This document shows positions 22,801-32,823 of a stretch of 64,000 nt of DNA, one piece after another. How positions within the stretch are numbered: the first letter of the stretch is position 1; the number at the start of each line of letters is the position of its first letter. A program made the translations under genes and the position numbers. Source of the stretch: Mobula birostris (lineage: Eukaryota). The notes beneath the pieces were generated by a model, which made no database searches, was not told the DNA's origin, and saw only the letters and a program-made list of their open reading frames with translations. Location of the stretch: positions 16,995,629 to 17,059,628 of the forward strand of contig NC_092384.1 of assembly GCF_030028105.1 (NCBI RefSeq), given 5' to 3'.

Positions 22801-24328
22801 TCATATGCAGTTTTTAACCCCGATTCCCAACAAAGATTCACACAGCCGTGCATAACCTGCAATGTAATCGAATATGCTTCCAATTAAACCTTGTACTATC
22901 TGGTGCACAATGATACCCAAACCAAACTCCACAAGACACCTTCTACTCCACGGGGCTACGCTGAACGATGATCATCCTCAATTTGGAAAGAAATGCCTGA
23001 AACATATAAATGTATTGTCATCTCCCATTTTGGATTCAAACCAGATATTAAAAACCTATAACGACATCTTTGGAGGCAGTAATAGTTGTCCCTTCAGATG
23101 GAACCTCCTTCCCCAGAAAGCAACGTAAATGTTAGCTGTTTCTCTTTGCTCTCGTGTTTCCTGTTTCACCGTAAGTTTTATTTGTCTGTTTTATTTCATA
23201 TTTCCAGCAGTTTAATGTTATTAAATTTGTCCCACCTGGATTCTCCTGATAGGATATATTAAATATTTATCGGTTGTATACCCATCTGTCTACAACTGGA
23301 AACGTCTTCTTGTGTTCCATTAATCGCCTTCCCAATTTTAGCACATATTTTTACTTTTACGTAACAATAGCTGCTGCAGCAACTTTTCACATCACCAAAA
23401 CAAGAATGTCATATATAATACTGGTTTTATTATAGCAGAATTCCGTAAGTACTTTCATCAGTGTTCGTAGTACTTCTTGGAATGAAGGACTGCTAATGCG
23501 AGGAATACCTAAGTTGAAGCTAGAACATTCAAGATAACATTTTCACTGTTGTTTTATTGCTCTGGTATGCTATGTCATTGTTTAAGCCAAAACAAATGCT
23601 ATTTTAACTATTTACTTTAACGGGCAAGTCCATCTGCTCTAATTATTTCGATCGTAGTTTAATTGATGCACTAGTAAAACCAATCAGCTCATCAGCGGGC
23701 AAGATGCTTCTCCCATATTTGCTGCCTTAGTTACGTAAGTACACCAGGTCTTGCCATTTGTTTCAAGGTTCATAACTTAAACAATGCGAGCTTTAAGGGT
23801 CACCGTTTCGAATTGCACCGAGGGGACGAAATCTGGTCATGCCAATGATTACAATTATTTGACGGGGTGCGTAAGGGAAACGGATCGGATAAAGCCCATG
23901 CAAAAAAAAACTTAGAGGATCGTAACTAGAGATATGACAAAAAAAATGAAACAAAAGAGATGGCCAGAACTGAGAAACGCCTCGATAGATAGGAAGGTTT
24001 TAACTGGTTGTTTGGAAATCTAATGTACACAGCGATTTCCCGCCTGAAATGGATTTGGTATCCCACTCCTGTAAGATATAGGGACAATATTTTTGTGCGC
24101 ACCCAAAATGTTACTCCAACCATTTAAAATAATTTTCTATGATTACATGTTCCGAATCGAACTTAGTTCATGGTCACTGACCTCTGTATTCGTTACCAGT
24201 ATTAACTGTGTTTTCTCTAGCAGGCTGAACAAGGAGCGGTTGAGCACGCCACTGCTTATAATTCACTAAATATGAGGGAGAGCACAGGAATTCGCAAAGA
24301 TCCACAACAAGAAGTGCGCATTATCTAA
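16818..24328 (+). CDS. SIRP-like / non-rearranging antigen-receptor-like Ig-superfamily receptor (leader-VJ-C1-TM-cytoplasmic), ~300 aa; join(16818..16872,17076..17381,20691..20984,21592..21690,22284..22327,24224..24328)
   Basis: Six consecutive GT-AG exons with compatible phases (1,1,1,1,0) give an uninterrupted ORF with signal peptide, V-set, C1-set, TM and tail. An exon-6-skipping form joining 22327 to 26625..26756 would be ~309 aa. Confidence 0.88.
17076..17381 (+). CDS. Exon 2: V-set Ig domain with germline-joined J-like strand
   Basis: Acceptor CTTACTTTTCCGGCAG; VSQFP..GANVTMFC, VRWWRQ, DSGLYYC, FGRSCSTKLTVF; donor G|GTAAGT. Confidence 0.95.
18060..19270 (-). mobile_element. Degenerate CR1 fragment in intron 2
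   Basis: The reverse complement resembles CR1 RT and C-terminal sequence; heavily mutated. Confidence 0.65.
19400..20455 (+). mobile_element. CR1 RT fragment in intron 2
   Basis: RPVSLTS, LDFQKAFDKVPH, GVPQGS and KFADD motifs with stops. Confidence 0.85.
20691..20984 (+). CDS. Exon 3: C1-set Ig domain
   Basis: APPTPLEIVP..KLLCKTAAFYPEELEIVWQRN..DGLFEAFSLLEI..YTCLVSHGSL: the FYP, DGxF and YxCxVxHxSL C1 motifs; acceptor ..TTTTTACTCAAG, donor G|GTAAGA; phase 1-1. Confidence 0.95.
21592..21690 (+). CDS. Exon 4: transmembrane exon GADTKLILSYTLKGAAILALIMVLVTVNLKRSH with intramembrane Lys
   Basis: 99 nt, phase 1-1; polypyrimidine acceptor ..TCCACAAG, donor G|GTAAGA; ~22-residue hydrophobic stretch followed by KR; Lys codon at 21627-21629. 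Confidence 0.88.
22284..22327 (+). CDS. Exon 5: cytoplasmic GINRSSLNRCQNEEP
   Basis: Acceptor TATTTTTCTTAAG, donor CCG|GTAGGT; 44 nt converts phase 1 to phase 0 as required by the downstream exons. Confidence 0.75.
22773..23072 (-). pseudogene. Possible decayed MHC class I-like alpha1/alpha2 sequence, antisense in intron 5
   Basis: One minus frame with 3 stops reads RYRFLISGLNP..LYVSGISFQIEDDHRSA*PRGVEGVLW..YSITLQVMHGCVNLCWESGLKTAYDVPKQDFIAF; TLQxMxGC and AYD..DFIAF resemble class I alpha2 motifs. Spacing is imperfect. Confidence 0.35.
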
Positions 24329-24334
24329 TCTCAG
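24224..24334 (+). CDS. Exon 6: cytoplasmic (Q)AEQGAVEHATAYNSLNMRESTGIRKDPQQEVRII* with in-frame TAA at 24326-24328
   Basis: NAGNAG acceptor TTTTCTCTAG|CAG (start 24221 or 24224), donor CAG|GTAACG; the last 14 codons align without gaps to paralogue 40179-40220, which has TAT at the stop position. Confidence 0.8.
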
Positions 24335-24379
24335 GTAACGCCGACAGATTAGCTTGAAGAACATATGAATTTGTTTTTG

Positions 24380-24622
24380 AGATATAGCACTGCAACAGAG
24401 CCATCCGGCGGAACTAGTTCGTCCCGCCCAATTACACCCATGTGACCAATTAGCATACTCAACAGTTCGTCTTTGGAATGTGAGAGGAAGTCAGAGCGCC
24501 CGAAGAAAATCGTACGGTCATGGGGCGACGAACAAACACACTATTTAGTCAGGGACGGAAATTCAACCTGGATCACTGCTGCTGTAATACGGTTACGCTA
24601 GCCTCTACGCCATCGTGCCACC
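24380..24622 (-). mobile_element. tRNA-derived SINE (V-SINE/HE1-like)
   Basis: The reverse complement starts GGTGGCACGATGGCGTAGAGG (A-box-like) ..CCAGGTTGAATTTCC (B-box-like), then a TAATTGGTCACATGGGTGTAATTGGGCGG core; a remnant is shared at ~40262-40340. Confidence 0.7.
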
Positions 24623-24629
24623 CAAAATA

Positions 24630-25345
24630 TATATAAGACCAACATATAATTGAACATTATTAGATTATGAGAACACTAAGTCCCTTTTTATTGTCATTTA
24701 GAAATGCATACATGCATTAAGAAATGATAAAATGTTTCTCTGGAGTGATATCACAGAAAACAAGACAGACCAAAGACTAACACTGACACAACGACATAAT
24801 TATAATATATAGTTACAGCAATGTAAAGCAATACCACAATTTGATAAAGAACAGACCATGGGCACAGTGAAATAAAGTCTCAAAGTCCGGAGTCGATCGA
24901 CTCCTGAGTCCCCGATAGCAGGCGGCAAAAGGGAGAAACTGCCTGCCATAAAACTCCAGACACCGTCAACTTGCCGATACCTTGGAAGCAGCCGACCCTA
25001 GCCGACACTGAGTCCGTCCGTTCGAAAACTCCGAGCTTCCGACCAGCCTTTCCGATACAGCCTCCCGAGCGCCATCCTCTGCCGAGCGGCTTCGGCCTCT
25101 CCCCGGCCGCTGAAACACGCAAAGCCGAGGATTTCCGGGCCTTCTGCTCCGGAGATATCCGGTTACCACACAGCACCAACGGCAGCGAAGCAGGCATTTC
25201 AGAAGCTTTCCAGGTGTTCCGCTGTTATCTCACGTCTGTCTCCATCAAATCAGAATTGCTCACGGTCCCCTACTTGACAGATAACAGTTTTTCATCACCG
25301 AAGTGGCCGCGGGCACTGACGTCACACCGCCATCTTCTCCCCCCT
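24630..25345 (-). mobile_element. Non-autonomous LINE-derived element (AAGATGGCGG 5' motif, CATAATCTAAT tail)
   Basis: Same family as 40340-41020 (shared CTTCTGAAATGCCTGCTTCGCTGC core); no coding capacity. Confidence 0.6.
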
Positions 25346-25449
25346 CCCGCGAGGCTCATTTTACGACACTGAGCAGACCTTTGGCACTTTACCAAAATGT
25401 AGACTGCACCAGAGCTCACCCTCTTTCACAGAAAATGAACCTGGTACCA

Positions 25450-25985
25450 TTTACAACTGAACGCTCTCGAAATATAATCACCTTTTACTTCAGTCCAGGT
25501 GGACTCCAACCTGAAGGCATGAACACTGATCTCTCGAACTTTTGAACTATTTCATCATCCCCCTTCTCTTTTTTCTCTATTCCTAATTCTGACTTCCTTT
25601 CACCTTTTCTCTCCTCTCCATCTGCCCATCACTTCCACTGGTGCACCTCTTCCTTCCATTTCATCCAGGGTCCACTGTCACCTCCTAAAAGATTCCTTCT
25701 TGCACCCTTTTCCTTTTCCACCTATCACCTCCCAGCTAACTACGTCATTCCATCCCCGATCATTCACACAGCTTCTTACTCACCCGGTTTCTCCTATCAC
25801 CTGCCATTTTGTACTCTTTCCACACCCTGTTATTCTAGCTTCTGACCACTTCTTTTGCTGTCCTGATAAAGCGCTTCGGACAGAAACGTCGACAGTTTAT
25901 ATGCCTTCATACATGCTACCTTACCTAATGAATTACATCGGCATTTTCTTGCATTTCTCAAGACTTTCAGCATCTACAGGAACCT
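25450..25985 (+). mobile_element. Penelope-like element 3' fragment
   Basis: CTCCAACCTGAAGGCATGAAC (end of GIY-YIG ORF), pyrimidine-rich tract and terminal GAAACGTCGAC motif; orthologous copy at ~41120-41635. Confidence 0.75.
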
Positions 25986-26624
25986 TCGAGATTATCTTTT
26001 TCCCATTGCTTTTACGAATTTGATTTCATATGTTATGTGCAAACAAGGAAACACTAAAAAGCATGAAACTAGATATAACCATCCTTTGCAACGCCTATTA
26101 CCAGCTCCATAATGGACATGAATAACTGATCCAACCGAACAGTGGTGTTATTCATGGAAATATCGAATAGTGACAAAACAGTAACCATACGGCATGGATC
26201 ATGACAGTGTCTGTGAGCATTTGGAGTTCTGCAGGAAACACCCGGAAGATCTCTTGACTGAAACGTTTGCGGCAATCAGACACATATAACACAAAAAGGC
26301 GCTTGCATTTTGAGGTATAAAATATTTTGTACTATACCCGTTTAAGGAGTTACCTACTCTCCCAAGTCGATTTTGTTAAAATTCATTTCAAGTAAGGAAA
26401 GAAACGCTTATATTTCTGTGGGACGACGCAGGTTCTTGGAGTTGAAATACCACATGAATCAAAAAGCAAAATTTTGAAAAAAAATGACATAAACATTGTG
26501 TAAAGCGGCAGACACCTAAAATTGATAACTTATGAGTGCATAACTAATTTATTTCATAATTTTTGATTCGATTTGTCAACTCGATGATTGTCGATTAACC
26601 ACTAATTTCAAATTATTTTCACAG

Positions 26625-26756
26625 ACTAAAAGAAATGGAGCTGACAATCTGGCTTACGCCGCTCTGCAGTTTCCCGATTCCAAGAACACCTCAGCAGCCC
26701 AACATCAAAACCAACATACATTGTATACAGATGTAAATGCATCAAGGAAACTGTGA
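26625..26756 (+). CDS. Exon 7 (terminal): TKRNGADNLAYAALQFPDSKNTSAAQHQNQHTLYTDVNASRKL* with ITIM (LAYAAL) and ITSM (TLYTDV)
   Basis: Acceptor ATTATTTTCACAG, phase 0, 44 codons to TGA; ITIM 26649-26666, ITSM 26718-26735. Translated only if exon 6 is skipped or its stop is absent. Confidence 0.85.
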   Translation, partial: TKRNGADNLAYAALQFPDSKNTSAAQHQNQHTLYTDVNASRKL

Positions 26757-26949
26757 AGATGAGAACCAACTGGCGTTCAGAGCTATAGGTTGTCAAGGAC
26801 TGCAGGCACCAGGCATTGCTTCGTTCCATTTCTTGCATTCAGACAAAAGCTTGTTAATCGATATCACATGCATAAGTTGACAAGATAAGCGATCATTTTA
26901 GTCACCGAAGTTCCTGTGATTTAATTGGGGCGATTATCACTGGAAAAAT

Positions 26950-26955
26950 AATAAA
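26950..26955 (+). promoter_or_regulatory. Candidate polyadenylation signal
   Basis: AATAAA ~195 nt after the terminal-exon stop. Confidence 0.4.
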
Positions 26956-29879
26956 AGTAAGAAATGTAAGAATAAGATTGAGAATAAGCCATTCTGCCTC
27001 TCTCTACTGCCCGGTCATTCAAGAGGATAAAGTTCAACCATAATCTCCATTGAACCGTCTCCGATCATTCCATGAAATAAGCCTACTTTGGCTTAAGTAC
27101 CCCCACCCCAGGATATTCCCTCCAAAGTCCTCAAAGGATGAAGGATGAAGAGAAATCAGAGATTCGTCACCACCGGCGAGAGAAACTTGATTTGCAGGGT
27201 AAAAATCGCTCATGGAACGGTCATTCTTGCTCACTTATGTCAACGTTCAACTGAGGGAAATATAGATTTGAAGATATGAAAAAACCGCAAAGTATTCTCG
27301 CGATAATACCTCTGTGCCTAAGTATTGATCAGTAAATGTCGTATGAAAAAAAATCAGTACTCTTCTGTTTCATATACATTCACAGCTTGTTGCTCAATAT
27401 TAGTTGTAAAATGCAACTGCACTATCACATGGTCGTAACCGGAATCTCAGGGCACCCAAAAGGCAATAGAAATGCATTGTAACCGGTGGACCTGTCGCAG
27501 CCCACACTGAAGTAGAGGAGCTACGTACATGGTCATATTAAAGGAGGTCAGGTTTAGACTAGTCATAACATTGGACCAAAAAACGTGGACGTTGGAAAGT
27601 AGATTTATATAGAAATCACGTGTCTCGATGTGTACTCTCGAAGAATATGGTGTTTTGCACAGAGCTCCTCACCGATTAATAACTGCCCAATTGCCCAACA
27701 GAGCAAAATAAACCTGAAATGTGCCCAGCATTTATTTGGCCAATAGTCAGCAAATTGACGTATTAATTTCGGTTCAGGTAGATGTATGTGTGACATAACA
27801 GGGTGAGCATCCTGTTATAATAATACCTTATTGTTGCTAATCACGTCAGCGTGGTTGGTGGATAAGGTGCGGAACGAAGGATGGCGGGGAGTAGGTACAG
27901 GGAACATCGACAGTGAAATAATTCCCCTGTCTGATAATGCAAACAACAATCTATTCCTGAAAGAGTTTCGGTATTCCAGATAAATTGGCAAAAAATAATA
28001 GAAACGTACGTGCTTGGAAATGAGAGTCGGCCGCTCAGACCTATTTTGCTGGATATGCTGGCTGAGATAGATTTCCCGATGAGAACCATTCATTCACTTC
28101 CTTCTCCTAGATCACTTCACATTTCAAATCTCGCCGATTTGTCCACTTTCAAATATTGTTTTGATATTTACTTTCAGGTAAAAATGCACAGTTATATCTT
28201 GTTCGTAGTTGAAATATCGTTGTACTCTTATCTTTCTTACTCATTTCTTCATTTACTCATTAAAAACACAAATAGCCGTTTGTCATTTCTCTGAAGGGCA
28301 AAGTCACAAGAATAGACCATTTTCACAAGCGTGCGAAATGCTGGTGATATGTTCTAATGTCCTTTTCCAGACTTATTCAGTTTCAGCTCAGATCAGCATC
28401 GTTTTAAACTTATATCATTATTTGCTCGCAGTGGAGAATGCCCTGTGCAAAAAAAAAGTAGTGCTGTCTAATACTGATGCAAAAGGACATGTGCACTATA
28501 TTTATTGCGAAAAAGATCAGTACAGTCTAATGAAGAAAGTAAATAAGCACAATATATAAACGATAATCGGTTCAGGGATTTTAAATATTTATAAACTTGA
28601 CAATTCCTCTGAATCATCCCAATCAAGTGCATTCGGTCACTGCGGTGGCCTGAGAGACTGCGCCATCTCTGATTGCTACGCTGTTACGACGTTAACTTCA
28701 TACTGCCCCTCCCCCAATTCTATCGCTTTGCGCTGTTACAATCTGTTTAGAAACACTCTTCTCACTCCTAGCAAACAATACAATAAATGATAAACTCTAT
28801 CTTATTCGCGAAACACCCGACGTGATTTTGAACCTTGGTTTCTCACTTTGGCTCATTTCAGAATTAGAAGGCGAAATCTCGGTTAAAAAAATGTTTCGGA
28901 GAATCACTGAGGGTGCATTATACGCAAAATGCGTTTATTAAACATCTTAAGTAAAGGTCGCTTTGCACTGCCGACTGAGCAGCATTAATCCCATGGTATT
29001 GTTTTCTTGGGTGATCACGATTTCCCCCATTAACTGTCCAATATATATCTTTTAATCAATCTTAATAAAACATCTTTGATCGACAGTTATTATATGTCTT
29101 TGCAGGAATCTGCAACGAGCAAATTGGATCAAATCTTTGTTGTTACGCTTCCAAACACTGCACTATTCCATCCCACTGCCACCAGATTCGGATATGGCCC
29201 AAGTGCGGAGCGAGAGACACTGAAGTGGGTCGAGAGTTCACAAAACTTTATTGCGAGCAGTGTTAAACGGAAAATAAAACAATAAACGCCAGGCCAAACA
29301 GGGCCGTTAACTAAAAAACTCAGCGGTAAGAGAGGCCTACAGTGCTGCTGAAAAGAACATTTAAGAATTGAACGAAGACCATGAGTCTTCAGAATCAGTT
29401 GAATCGAAAGTCCAATTTCTCTGGGAAGACCGAATGCAAACAGGCAGCCAAGCATTGCTGTGTTCTGTTCAATTCTCGACAAGCACTTGGACGACAAGTA
29501 TGGAGTTAAATACTATCACTATTACATAATAATTAGCTGAAACGTGCATATTCACAAGCGCAATTGTGTATCTACTGTGCTGCCGAATCCGTGGGTGTGA
29601 CACCCACGAGCTTGGTTCCTCCTATCACCGGTCGTTCACTTCTTTTTCACATTTATATATTGCGCATTTTCCCTCTACACACTAAACCCCGAGTCCTCAA
29701 TTCAAAACATTAAACACCCGCATTGCCCGGCCCACCAAATCCGTCGAGTAATTTCCTTTTATTTCAATTATTATTTGACATTTTCAAAGATACTTGTGAA
29801 TATTCCGAGGAACAATGAAGTTGAAATGTAATTCCATGCAAGCACGGTATATTTTACCCTAAAGCTTTATGATTATATA

Positions 29880-30790
29880 CAGTGCCATGCAAACGTTTAG
29901 GCACCCCTGAACTGATTTCCAAACGGCATAAAGTTAAAGATGACACATTTCTTTAATATTTTAAGGAAGATTACTTTTTTTTATTTCTATCGTTTACACT
30001 TTCAAAATAACAAAAAAAGGAAAAGGGCCCGAAGTAAAAGTTTGGACACCCAGCATGGTCAGTACTTAGTAACACCCCCTTGGACAAGTAACACACTTGT
30101 AAGTACTTCCTGTAGCCAGCAAACAGTCTTTCAATTCTTGTTTTGGGGATGTTCGCCCATTCTTCCTTGCAAACTGCACCTACCTCTGTGTGCTTCTTGA
30201 GCCGTCTTGCATGCACTGCTCTTTTGAGGTCTATCCACAGATGTTGGATGATGTTTAGGTCGGGAGACTGTGAGGGCAATGGCAAAACCTTCAGCTTGCG
30301 CCTCTTGAGGTAGTCCATTGTGGATTTTGACGTGTGTTTAGGATCAACATCCTGTTGTAGAAACCATCTTCTTTTCATCTTCATTTTTTCTTTTTTACAG
30401 ACAGTGTAATGTTTACTTCAAGAATTTGCAGGTATTTAATTTAATTCATTCTTCCATCTACTAGTGAAATGTTCCCCTTGGCACTGGCTGCAACACAAGC
30501 CCAAAGAATGATCGATCCACCCCCGTGCTTAACATTTGGAGAGGTGTTCTTTTCATGAAATTCTGCACCCTTTAATCTCCAAACATATTGCGGCCAAAAA
30601 GCTCTATTTTAACTTCATCAGTCCACAGAGCCTGTTTCCAAAATTAATCAGGCTTGTTTAGATGTTTGCAAACCTCTGATGCTGAATTTTGTGGTGAGGA
30701 CGCAGGAAAGATTTCTTACCACAGCCGCTGTCGCTGCATAGTAGAACAGTGCACCACCACTCCAGAGACTGCTAAATCTTCCTGAAGGTC
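29880..30790 (-). mobile_element. Tc1 DNA transposon, 3' part with one TIR
   Basis: TA|CAGTGCCATGCAAACGTTTAGGCACCCC TIR; ORF 29971-30384 has QQDVDPKH and SQSPDLNIIQHLW (degenerate DD34E domain). Confidence 0.92.
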
Positions 30791-30794
30791 CATG

Positions 30795-31110
30795 CTGAAT
30801 ATGACCCGTCTGCAACTACTCTTTGCCTTCCGTGAGCAAGCCAGTTCAGGATCCACAAAGCAATGTCCCCTTGGATCCCATGCCACCATACTTTCTCAAT
30901 TAGACTTGCACTAGGTACCTTATCAAACATCTTGCTAAATTGCATATACGCTACATCTACGACTCTACCTGCATCCCCAAAAAATTCAATCAGGCTGATA
31001 AGGCACCACCTGCCTTTGACAAAGCCATGCTGCCAATTGTTAATCATATTATGCCTCTTCAGATATTCATTTCCCGTACGTTAGTAAGGTCTTCCCTCTC
31101 CAATACTAGA
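30795..31110 (-). mobile_element. CR1 RT fragment
   Basis: Minus ORF 30772-31047: QHGFVKGRWCLISLIEFF..VDVAYMQFSKMFDKVP. Confidence 0.8.
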
Positions 31111-32823
31111 CTTACAATAGAAAGTATAACACCACTTTAAAACGAAACTGCGTCATGAGACGAATACGCATCATAACGGAGTAACTGACGAATTAAATAG
31201 CGAATCAACTGCGTAACTGCGGGGGTTCCCCGTTATAACCCCTGTTGAGAACATATCATCACCTGACCTCACACTGGCGGGAAAACTACATCACACCACC
31301 ATCACAAGACCGTTACATCATGGTCACATGATACTCAGTTACATCATAGTCATAAGACAGTCACAAGATACCCACAAGGTATGTAACAGTAATGTAATTA
31401 AGAAATGGCAGTTAACAGGAATGGCTGAGGTCAAGCTGAGGTCTGGAAGTCCAAGAAAACTTTCCGATAGAACTGCTCGTAGGTCATCATCGTAAGACTA
31501 TCTATTTACCCCTAGACTTGAAGAAGCTTGGTTTTCATATATTTCCACCCTTACTAATATATGTAATCATTGCTACCTATTTCATATATCTGCATTTAAA
31601 TTACTGTATTGTGTAGTTACTAATAAATGCCATTAGTTAATAGCAATACTGGACTCCAAATGTTTTCTATTTCTGCTGGTTCTTTAACCGGCACCGGGTA
31701 CGTGACAAAATTGGGGCCTGCGTCCGTGATACGAAAACATTGGTTGGGGGGCCTGTTTGATTTGATTGGGGAAAATTCGTTTTGATTTGGGTGTGTGGAA
31801 ATAGAGCAGAAATGGATGTCAGGAAGTTTAAGATCACCAGACCCGGTGACTTTGAAGAAAGCTGAAAAGGATGATGTGCGGGAAGTTGCTAACAAATTGA
31901 GAATTGAGGTAAAGAAGGGCATGACGAAGGTAGAAATTCAAAGGAAAATAGCTGAATGTTATGTCTCTATACAGAAATTTGATGAGGGGGAGTTAAAGAG
32001 GTTTCCTATAGGGAAAGAGGAGGTCCAGGTACAATTGGAACAGATGTAGTTCGAGAGATTTAAATTAGAGATTGAGGAAGCAAAGAAACAGACAGAAGAG
32101 GCAGACAAACAGAGAGCGTTTGAGAGGGAGAAACGGCAACGTGAAGATCAAGTGGTAAACCGTGGTGAGGGGTTTAGCGTTAGTGAGGAATTAAGTTAGT
32201 ACCTCCATTTGATGAAGCAGAAATTGATAGGTATTTCCTACATTTCGAGAAAGTGGCCAATAATCGGAATTGGCCGAGGGATCAGTGGGCTTTTCTACTA
32301 CAGAGTGTGATTAAGGGGAAGGCTCAGCAAGCATATACTGCCCTGTCTCTTGAAGACGCAGATGATTATGATGCAGTGAAAGACGATGTGCTTAATGTTC
32401 ATGAGCTAGCTCCAGAGGCGTACAGACAAATGTTTCGAGGTTTGAGGAAGCCTTGGAACCGAACGTGTGTGGAGTGTGCCGAATGAGAAACGTGTGCACT
32501 TTGATCGTTGGTGTGCTTCAAAAGAAGCGGATGAGGATATTGACAACTCGAAAGAGTTGATGTTGATTGAAGAGTTTAAGAACTGCGTCTTGGCTGAAAT
32601 AAGGATGCACTTAGATGAGTAAACGGCAGCGACACTATCAGAGTCTGCTTATGATTTCCACACTTACTTATATATATAATCATTGCTAACCTATTCGATA
32701 TATCTGCAATTATATTATTGTATTGCGTAGTTACTAATAAATACCATTAGTTAATAGCAATACTGGACTCCAAATTGTTTTCCATTTCTGCTGGTTCTTT
32801 AACCCGTCACGGGGTAGGTGACA
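31111..32823 (+). mobile_element. Internally deleted Gypsy LTR retrotransposon (LTR, tRNA-Pro-like PBS, partial gag, LTR); 5' half of the 5' LTR is inverted
   Basis: Direct repeats ~31540-31707 and ~32650-32823 both end ..GGGTA(C/G)GTGACA; PBS-like TTGGGGCCTGCGTCCGTGAT 31711-31730; gag motifs VPPFDE..YFLHFEKVA..WPRDQWAFLLQSVIKGKAQQAY..PEAYRQMFR. Confidence 0.85.
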
